Shown here piece by piece: positions 52,534 to 64,000 of a DNA stretch of 64,000 bases. The DNA is from the human T2T-CHM13v2.0 reference genome, Homo sapiens: NCBI RefSeq assembly GCF_009914755.1, contig NC_060942.1; one strand, given 5' to 3'. The notes under the pieces were generated by a model, which did no database searches, was not told where the DNA came from, and saw nothing but the letters and a program-made list of their open reading frames with translations. Made by a program: the position numbers and the translations under genes. Within the stretch, counting starts at the first letter, position 1, and the number at the start of each line of letters is the position of its first letter.

Positions 52534-54399
52534 TTCCCCAAAATGAAACTTCCTAAAGAAGTTTCAGAGTGCCAATATCAGATTTGTGAATTGTCTCATA
52601 AGTCATCAAACCAATCTCTCAGTCCTGAGAATAGGCCAATCCAATTAAACAGTTAATAGTTGTGTCTCATTTCAGGCAAGTGTGCTACAAATGGGCTTTG
52701 ACCAGAGTCAAGCCTTTTTATGATCTGAGAAATTAGATGTTTAGTAAGAGTCATTTCAATGGAAATGAATGTAAAACAAAGCTGAATGGTTAGAACAAAC
52801 TACAAACTCAAATTTTAAATCCAGAGAGCAGGCAGCCAGTGAAGATTTTTATATGTTGGGCTCAGCATCTTCAGATGAAGTGAGAGCAGATAGTGGCCCT
52901 CTGACACATTTTCCCTGGTTTGTAGTTTCACCAGGTGTTCCAGTGAACTTTCTGAGTAGACTATATGTCAACAGGCACAATCATATGTTAAGTTGTTCAT
53001 ATATTAAACTATTCATATATTAAGTGCTGTAATGATTTTTCAAAATTTCTATCAAGTTGTCTAGCCTCATCTTGCAGGGCTTTAGGGAAAAGCAGTTTTA
53101 ATTTCAGAGATTTCAAATAAAAAAAAAATGGGCAAATAATTGGAAACATTAGTTTGGAGACATGTAGCCAGGAAATAACTTAGGATTCAGTTGAAGTTGT
53201 AGGCTCAAAAAAAAAAAAAAAGCGGACAAGACTAGACTCTAATAACAGGTGTACTATAGTTTTCTTTTAAGACATAATTTTTCTCTTTCCAGTCCCCAAT
53301 TCCTACCAAAGACAAATCATAGTAGGATCAATTTATTTGAAAAATGAGTTTTCCTCTTACTACATTGGGCCTGATTATTTGCATAAGGTGTCACAAGAAT
53401 AGTGATTGGTCATATAGACTTTCATAAAGTTGTCTTTGCTGGAACTGTTTTTAATGGAATTTTCAGATTAGCCTTTTTAAAGCCTCTGTAAGCCAAGGAT
53501 TTGTCATTAAACTGTGCCTGTAATTCTTGTTCACATTGGGGACATTTCTCTTTTCTCAAATTACCAAAATAACTTGAGGTTTCTGTCCCAGTTAGAAAGT
53601 GACAAATTCTTTTCTTACCACAAGTCAGGAACCTTGTAAAGGAATGATGTAGACAAGGCAACAGGTCAGTCTTTACAGGGGCTTTTTATCAGCTTTATTA
53701 AGTCAACCTCAACTGCTCAAAATAGTCTGGATGTACCTGAAAATATGCCATTCCAGTCAAAGCTTTGGTAGAACAATCAGTGTCTCCAGTTATGCCCTGT
53801 TACAAAAGAAAACAGATTCTTATTGAATTTATGAAAAAAAAGATATTGCCATAAATTAAGAATACTCATAAATAGTTTCCAGTTTCTGAAGAAATCAGCT
53901 AGAGATAAAGAAAATGCTTCAAATTTGTGTTTACAAAAATATACTTTAACCAATTTATTGTAAACTATAAATAGCCCAAAAGAGAAAGAAGTCTTTTTAG
54001 TTATAGTCCAATGGTACAATCTCTGAAGTTATCAGAAACCTGTATTCAAGAGTACTTGCCAGCCTTTTCCACGAATATCCTTAAAGAGGCAAATTTTGGA
54101 CTATAGCAATTATAAACTGCTTTTTGAGAAGAATCAAAGTAAAACAATAATTTTCTGCGGATGACAAAAGACAGAATAGCCATGGTTAAAGACACAATTG
54201 ATGAGGAAATTTTGTTATTTCTGTGGCGTATAACATTTGACATAACAATCACAATTAATGTTAACATGTACTGAGATGTCAGAATTTCAGGAATGTTATA
54301 CAATTTTGGAACACAAATTAATAACACATTCATACAAATATTAAATAATCCAAAGAAAGTTAAACATGATTTCTTTTCCTTTCTATTTTTATTTTTAAA

Positions 54400-54443
54400 T
54401 TTATTTTATTTTTTATTCTAAGTTCTAGGGTACATGTGTAGGA
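54400..54443 (-). mobile_element. Tiny L1PA 3'-terminal fragment in an Alu tail
   Basis: ttttattctaagttctagggtacatgtgtagga matches the reverse of the L1PA terminus (compare 57965-58010). Confidence 0.6.
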
Positions 54444-54885
<442 letters not shown>

Positions 54886-56950
54886 TGACATTCTGATTTT
54901 GGAAAGTTTGTCAACTATAAGTGTTTTAAGCACTTGCTCAAAATTGAATCACAGGTCAGTGGAAAATAAGTCACTCATTTAGCCAACGAGGTAATTCAAA
55001 GATTTTTAAAAGTGAAAACCTTTACTCTTTGATAGACAGAACACTCAGTTTCCCAAACAATCATAAGACCTGATAAAGGCAAAATGAGGCAAACTGAGTC
55101 TGTCTCTTTCTCTCTTCCCTCTTTGTTTTTCCTTTATGTAGTTTACTTAAAAGGTAAAAAAAAAAAAAAAAAGAAAAAGAAAAGAAAAAAAGCTGTTACT
55201 ATCTCATATCAACATTACATGAAAATCTTGTTCAAAAGATAAAATAAAAATTTACTTTTGTATTAGTATATTATTAATGTTAAAGTTAATTTTGATAAAA
55301 CCTTATAAATAAGCTAATCTAATCTTTTTGACCATATAAAATAAGATTTTTATAAACCTTTAATAACCTCTTATAGTTTTTTCCATTTTTTATTTTCCCA
55401 ACTTTTTATATCCATTCAGTTTTATTTATCATTTTCCCCTGTAATTTAAAGCAACTTTTAAAATCCTCTAAACTAGACAAAATTAATTTTCCTTTAACAA
55501 AAAAGAAACACCGTATTTTATGGGTTTTTTTACATAATTTTTTAAACCAAAAAGGCATCTTACTTTTCTTATATTCTTTGTAAATAGAATTGCTTCTCTT
55601 ATATGTGGTAGGTTTTAATTACACGTATTAGTTTTAATGTTAGTTCTTAGTAATCCTTATTTTCAGTGAAAAATCCAGGAAATAAGCAATTTTAATTATA
55701 TAACTGATACAGAGCCTAGGACAAAGGACAATGCCTGGAGGATTGAATCCCTCCCAGTGTGGCTAAAAGGCACAGATGGGCTAGGAAGGAGCAGTTCCTG
55801 CATCCTTGGGCCTCATCATGGCCTAGAGGTGCAAATCAGAGATAGAAGCTCACATATTAATAAAATCATAGAAGCAACTATTTTATGACCTTAAAATACC
55901 TATCAGTATAAACCTGTCTGATCAATAGACACAGGTAAAAATATCTAAATTAAATTCTGAAGATGTTTCTATTTTATTTTACCAATAATATTAAAACTAC
56001 ATTTATTTATCAAAGATTATTGAAGTCACATGAACTTGAAAAGCATTTATTTGGGCTAGCTATTTAGGAGTACTCATTTATCTTTAAGTTAATTTGGTAC
56101 CATATGTAGACAGTATATAAACATCTGTATAGACATACACATACATGTAGACACAACGTATAACATATATATGTATGTATCTAAAAGCCAAATTGATCAA
56201 GGAGTTTAATGCAGAAGATAGTAAAGCTTTAGATTTAAGAGGAATTTGTCCACTTGACAACTATTGGGGTTTTACGAGGAAAAACAGACATTTTTCCCCA
56301 AAAGAGAAGTCTGTGGTGCCTTTGCTGCTTTCCTTAGAGATTTCAGGGTGTTAGAAATTGTCTTAGGTGTCCCCATGTGCCATGAAGGGTGGAGAGGCAG
56401 GAGGCACAGACAGAAGTAATTGGAGAAACACACCAAAGGAGCATGTATGGTTAGCAGGGGTTCAGGAAGAGGGAAATTCAGTGGACAGAGACTTTTTAGA
56501 GAGAGAGAACAGAGGCATTAAACCTATATCTATATGTGTACATATATGGCCTAAATATCAGTTTTAATATAGTTGACTTTTGACTATATAGCTCCTAAAA
56601 AAATCTTTTAAATCTCTTATTATTAGATTTTAGCGGGGACAAATGGCCAATATTTCTAGTTTTTGAACCTTTTTTTCTTAAGCCAAAGATTCCTTTTAAG
56701 TTGAACACTAACCATGGTTATAATATAAGCAAGGATGCAAGAGGTGTCTCCAAAGAGAGGAAAGCACTCCTCACAAGATCCAGAACCACCTCAAAGACAG
56801 CTTAAAAAACGAAAACGTTTGCTGGCCACAAACGAGGTCAAGTCCACATTTCTGTCTAGCCATATTCTTTCAGAGTCTCAGTTTCTCAGCTGATGGTCTA
56901 CACCAAAGGCCCTCAAACCTTGCGTGCCCCCACAGAGAGGAAAAGACAGG

Positions 56951-57340
<390 letters not shown>

Positions 57341-57954
57341 TCAGGAACTGAACCCAGGCAACAGCTATGAAAGCCAGGAATTTTAACTACTAGGCCACAG
57401 GGAGTGGCCTCTATTATCATTCTCGCAGGGATCTAAAGCAGGCAGTTTGTACAAATATTTTGGCTTTGTTTTAGGTCCAATTTTTGCTTTTTATAGGGAG
57501 AATTTCTAAGGCTAGGCATGATATTTTTTAATGTCTTTCTTTTAATTTGGTCTTCCAATCAATTGTTTAGAATAAGAGATCTCTTTTTTTTTTTTTTAAT
57601 TTAGGAGTTTAATTTAAAGCATCCATCTTTTGGCCATTGACAATTAGAACTTCCCATGGTGTATTTATAGCACCTCAATAGCAACCCAATTCAACTTCAG
57701 AGAAGAAGCAATTCCAAAGACTCCCTCCAGAAAATTCACTCCTAGGAATAGGCTAAGATAGCAAAAGATTCTTGTTGCCACTGACAGTTAATGATAGTGT
57801 TTGCCTTCAGTAACCCACAAATTTATGGGGTGCCACCAGTCACAGACCTGTTAATCTGTGATACTAGGCAGGCCCTCTTGGGACTGGACTTTTCCAGCAC
57901 TACACAGGCAACAAGGGTTGAGATAACAAAAGTTCCTTATGGACAGGACTTCTT

Positions 57955-58122
57955 TTTTTATTATTATTATTCTACCTTAAGTTTTAGGGTACGTGTGCAC
58001 AACGTGCAGGTCTGTTACATATGTATACATGTGCCATGTTGGTGTGCTGCACCCATTAACTCGTCATTTAACATTAGGTATATCTCCTAATGCTATCCCT
58101 CCCCCTCCCCCCACCCCACAAC
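57955..58122 (-). mobile_element. Young L1PA (PA3-5-like) 3' end, ~170 bp
   Basis: taagttttagggtacgtgtgcacaacgtgcagg...gtgctgcacccattaactcgtcattta...ctaatgctatccctccccc; TSD acaggacttctt / acaagacttctt. Confidence 0.93.
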
Positions 58123-58646
58123 AAGACTTCTTATTAAGACAAACTTTCCTGAGAGCTTGACATATTCTGAACAAAAGTTTCAGGTTGCTAGCCATTTTCA
58201 GACTGACCACCTGACATGACCTGAAAATCATGCCCAGCAGGTGGCAGAGACCGACAGAGTGCTCCTGCTTGGTCACAGGTCACACTCTCAGATAAATCAA
58301 ACAAGATAAGAGGAAACTTTATCCAGTACCTCTTGTTACAAACAACATAGAAAGACAAAGGAAAAGACTATTTCTGGGAGGAAAGGGGTCAAATAACATG
58401 ACTATTCATACCACAAAGAATCCAAAAGTACACCAGAGTTGCTACAGCAAAGCTAGTCACACACAAATCTTTTGGTCCTATTAATCAAAATTTTGCAGAG
58501 AAACAGTGATTTTTACCATCCACTCAACTGGATTGCACAGAGAAAGAGGCTGGAAGCCTGGATGGCTAGAAATTCTTACCCTTTTGCAGCTAATCAGGTT
58601 CCCGGATTCCCTTAACTGAGGCTTCCAGAAGGGTGGGACTTTGATC

Positions 58647-58664
58647 ATCTTGTCTGTGACATCA
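58647..58664 (-). other. Decayed retroviral primer-binding site (tRNA-Ser-like)
   Basis: Minus strand TGATGTCACAGACAAGAT just inside the 5' LTR; 13/18 match, all mismatches transitions, to TGGCGTCACGAACAGGAT (recalled tRNA-Ser(CGA) 3' complement). Confidence 0.5.
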
Positions 58665-58676
58665 AACTATAGAAAC

Positions 58677-59630
<954 letters not shown>

Positions 59631-60470
59631 CTAGCAAGTTGTAATGCTACAGATACAGATACAATGGTCTTCTCTCTTAAGATGCCACGTTTTTTATTTC
59701 TTTTTAACTACATCACAAAGATGATCAAATGCTACTGACCCCAATCCTACATCTTAAGAGGATTGGATGAAGAGAGCATCTGACAGGCTGGGGAGATATC
59801 TTCAGTTTTAAAGCATTCTGTTGATTCTCTCTCAATGTACACAATGTGCATAAGACCAAGGAAGGGAATATGTTAGAGTTCATTCTTGAATCTGTAGGCC
59901 CTTGTCAACTGGCTTGAGATGCTTGGCTTTTGGTGTGTTCCTTGGTTGGACTCGCACTCACATGTGTAGACCACAAAGTACCAATGCCCATAATGCACAT
60001 TGCTGTCAGCAGAATAATCTTTCTACAGCACATCTCAATACATGTGTTTCAATGGTTCTCCTGCTGTCTACCCAACATAATACAACCCCCTCACCTAGAA
60101 GTCATGAACTCTCCTTTAGAACTTATTTCCCACTACCCCATTTTGCATGAAATTTTAGGCCTTATGTGTTCTGCCCTCCCTAACAATCATCTGTTTGCCC
60201 TCTTCTTGCATTTTGTGGTCCTTGCAACTACATTATTTTTCTTGAAGCCTCAAATACTACTTCGGGTGGAAGGCTGCCATTTGCCCAGACACAGAAGAAA
60301 TTTCTCCCTCTTCTGAACATACATGGCTTTCCATCTGTGTTGATCTTGCTGCATATCTTTTCAATCTGCTACTAATACATATATCTCATCTTCCTAAATC
60401 ATAAGACTTTTGGGATAGACTTTAATCTGACAGGTTTTGCATTGCTAACAGCAAGCACCACAGCCATGCT

Positions 60471-60961
60471 TGTGGTGAGCTGAATAATGGCCCCCAAATA
60501 TGTCCATGTCCTAATCCCCTGTGAATATTGCCTTATATTACATGACAACAGGGTTTTTGCAAGTGTGACTAAACTGAGGGTCTTGAGATGAGATTATCCT
60601 AGATTATCTGAATGGATCTGATGTAATCACACAATCCTTGTAAGAGGGAGCCAGGAGGAATTGGGGTGAGAGGAGAAGGCAATGTGACAATGGAAGCAGA
60701 GAATGAAATCACATGCTTTGAAGATGGAGGAAGTGGCCACAAGCCAAGGAATGGAGAGGGCTGCTGGAAACAGAAAAAGACAAGGAAATAGATTCTCCCT
60801 ATTTCCTCCAGAAGGAACCTGCCCTGTGAACACTTTCACCTTAGCCCAGTTAAACTGAATTTGAACTTCTGACCTCCAGAGTGTAAGAAAATTAGTTCTG
60901 TGTTGTCTTGAACTACTGAGTTTGTGGTAATTTGTTACAGCAACAATAGGCAACTAATATA
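60471..60961 (+). mobile_element. MLT1D-like MaLR solo LTR
   Basis: tgtggtgagctgaataatggcccccaaa...gtcctaatccc...ctttgaagatggaggaag...caagccaaggaatg...ttctgacctccagagtgtaaga...gtttgtggtaatttgttacagcaacaatagg. Confidence 0.9.
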
Positions 60962-61381
60962 GTGGGAAAATGTTTGTTGACTTAAAAAAAGAAATAAATG
61001 ACTATGAATAAGTCAATACATGAATGAATACATTCAAAAGGTTTTGCTTTATAATGTTTCCTTGCTTCCAATGTCTAACCACTATGGGAAGTCTTGCCAT
61101 AGAGAAAGGCATTTTTTAAAATGTCCCTGAATGTTTTTTTGGAGGTCCAATCAAAGTGCCAGTGGTTCAGCTGGGGCTCCGGATCAGTAGGGCATCAACC
61201 TCCTTACTCCTATGGACTCCCCCATTGTTCTAGAGAGCACAAGACCTAAGGGAATAGGAGGGGAGACAGGACTCCGTGGGGATGGAGGATCTGAGAGCCT
61301 AGGGCACAGGTTGTGTCTAAGGCAGGAGGGGGAAGTTCTTGACTAGATCAAGAGCTGCCCAGTGCCATACCCTGACTTGAA

Positions 61382-61548
61382 CCAAGTAGCTGGGAAGTGA
61401 GGCACGCCCAGCTAATTTTTGTATTTTTAGTAGAGACAGGGTTTTGCCATGTTGACCAGGCTGGTCTCGAACTCCTGGCCTCAAGTGATCTGCCCGCCTC
61501 CACTTCCCAAAGTGCTCGGATTACAGGCATGAGCCACCATGCCCAGAC
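61382..61548 (-). mobile_element. Partial Alu (left arm plus start of right arm, no tail)
   Basis: caagtagctggga...gctaatttttgtatttttagtagagacaggg...gagccaccatgcccag. Confidence 0.9.
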
Positions 61549-61975
61549 CTCCTATTTCTTTCTAAGGACAACTTCTTATCATTGTCAGGGACAAAAGTTT
61601 GGAATAAAATTATTTTTTGTTCAGTGTATTTCTTACTTTTCAGTGACTGACTGATAAGCCCTCTTTTAACTTTAATTAGAAACCGAACTGAAGAAAATAC
61701 TTGGCTTGACATACCATAGTGATTTAAAAGGGCTTTTCAACTCCAGTACCAAAAAACATGAAACAGTAATTCAAAGGGCTGTTAACATGGAGCTCCCAGC
61801 ACCCCTTGTGCATAGGGAAGGGCTAAATTAACCAAAATGATAACCGTGCCACAAATTAATTACTATTTAAGGTTACTCCTACTAAACTTGACCATAAATC
61901 TCTTCATATTCCCTAAACTACAATCTTAACTATCGTCTTTTTGCAAAAAAATAAGCCATCTCTTTTATAAAAGCT

Positions 61976-62019
61976 CACACACACACACACACACACACAC
62001 GTATGTGCACACACACACA
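61976..62019. repeat. Interrupted (CA)n microsatellite
   Basis: (CA)12-C-gtatgtg-(CA)6. Confidence 0.95.
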
Positions 62020-62581
62020 ATAAGCGCATCTTTTCATGGACTATTAACGTAGAGCTGATCATTTCCCTCATTTTCTCAAATAGCATATATCATTCACACA
62101 GAGCGAGAGCATAATTTGAACAAAATCGAATGAGATTTTCCTGAGCTTCACATGAATTGAAGTGGGAGATAATAATCCTTTCTATTTTTTTCCTATCCAA
62201 CAAGATCAGCTCTTAGAAGTCTCCTCAGTGTTTCAGATTTAAATACATGATATTTAATGCAGTTTCTAAATTTTAACTACTTCTAATTCTTCTAACTGTG
62301 CAGAAAAGCACACTGAGATTTTGAGATCGTGCAATCATTCTGAAGTCAGGCCCACAAGCATGAGCAACAGCAGAATGTTGACTGGCCTGCTTAGCAGAAT
62401 CCCAGCTCCAGGTCTCCAGTTTGGAAATGCATCTTTCAGTCAAACTAAAAAACTTACAAAATTAAAATTTCAAGCAAACAAAATGACTTTAATAAAACAT
62501 CTTATTAAAGTTGTTTTTATACAAATGTATTTAAAGTTATATAAGTTTATTTAAAGTTGTATAAACATTATTAAAGAGAGG

Positions 62582-62975
62582 TAGACTGTATAAAGAAAAC
62601 GTGGTACATATATACCGTGGAATACTATGCAGCCATAAAAAAGAACAACATCATGTCTTTTGCAGAAACATGGATGGAGCTGGATAATGATATCCTTAGC
62701 AAACTAAAGCAGGAACAGAAAACCAGATACTAAATGCTCTCACTTATAAGTAGGAGCTAAATAATGAGAACACATGGACACAAAGAGGAAAACAACAGGC
62801 ACTGAGGCCTATCAGAGGATGAAGAGTGGGAGGAGGGAGAGGAGCAGAAAAAGTAACTATTGGGTACTAAGCTTAGTACCTGCATGATGAAATAATCTGT
62901 ACAACAGACACCCATGACATGAGTTTACCAATATAAAAAGCTGGCACCCGTGAAACTAAAACAAAGAAAAAGAGA
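62582..62975 (+). mobile_element. L1PA15/16-like 3' end
   Basis: gtggaatactatgcagccataaaaaagaac...catggatggagctgg...gggaggagggagaggagcagaaaaagtaactattgggtact...gatgaaataatctgtacaaca. Confidence 0.92.
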
Positions 62976-64000
62976 GAAGGAAAAAGAATTATTGGCTACT
63001 AGTTCCAAGTAAATCATTCTTTACGCTTAAGTATAATTTTCCACTGGACTGGAATAGTGTTTTACTGACTACTATAATTTATTTTTACCAGCACTCAGAG
63101 AAATCAAATGCTTTTAGGAAGAATAAACAAGAACATGTTAAATTAAGCTGCATAAATAATTTTCACACTTTCTACTTGAGTGTCTGTGTGTGTTTTTGTC
63201 TTCCATATTATCTGTGACAGTGCAACCATTTTATATCCTATGCCTATTCAGATACTGCTCTATGCTTTAAAATTGTAGCTACTGTTTTCTTAACTCAGTA
63301 ATGTTTGATTCTATGCCTCTTGGATTTCATTACCTCACAGATTTTGCTCAGTTCCTTGACTCTTGTCATTGCCCATAAGTCCGTAACTATTGGCGTATTC
63401 GTTGGGGAAGTTATGTATGTTTTATCTATAGTAATGAAATTATGGGAGGTCTGTTTACAGCCTGGTATTTCTTTAGACTGAAGATTTGTCTAGCAATAAA
63501 GTTACACATACACCTTAAGCAAATGGAAATGATCCTCTCTTGATAAGATCACAGGTTCAATGTAGTCATGAGAGCAGAAGAATGCCAATATTCTTAGAAC
63601 AATCTATTTTACTAGAAGTTTTTAAATTATGTATTTTAAGTAAAAATAATATGATACTAGGCAGAAGGTTTCAGCTCTGACTAAGCCCAGAGGAAAAATT
63701 CCATTATCTCTTATCCTCTCTTGAATCCTTCTACAGGGGACCTCTGACCCAAGAGTTCGGTCAATGCATATGTTGGCAGCCAGCTGCACATCGCACCAAA
63801 TATGAACTTCAAATAGAAGAAAGCCTCATTTGGAAGAAAGCTCATGCACAGACTGTAAATATTTCAGAGCAGATTGTGTCTCTGTAGATTAAGTAAGTTG
63901 TGAAAGTCTGAACCTCTGCCAAAATTTTAAGACCTTGACCTTTACATCTCTGAGTTTCTATCTGTCATTTTTCCTTTCTATCTGTCATTTTACCTTTCAT

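Overview
Primate (AluY present, so catarrhine, probably human or ape) non-coding genomic DNA, either intergenic or deep intronic. I could not support any protein-coding gene, RNA gene or CRISPR array, and I could not identify the locus. Roughly half the window is interspersed repeat: about 12 Alu/FLAM SINEs, several L1 3' fragments, two HAL1-like relics, many MIR/L2 relics, MaLR/ERV LTRs and DNA transposons (Tigger2a, MER58A, MER5). It also holds a ~7.7 kb two-LTR, ORF-less MER4-group ERV1 provirus (51902-59630, minus strand) carrying five younger insertions. The listed ORFs are explained by repeats or chance. The most interesting non-repeat signals are a CpG-retaining, motif-dense candidate promoter/enhancer at ~41.9-43.2 kb, two well-formed non-coding plus-strand exon candidates (21902-22072, 32450-32625), a UG/GCAUG-rich tract next to an AG|GT site, and a CpG-retaining open frame at ~50.8-51.1 kb. 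Repeat family names come from recalled consensus sequences rather than a search. Boundaries without a stated TSD or TIR are approximate.
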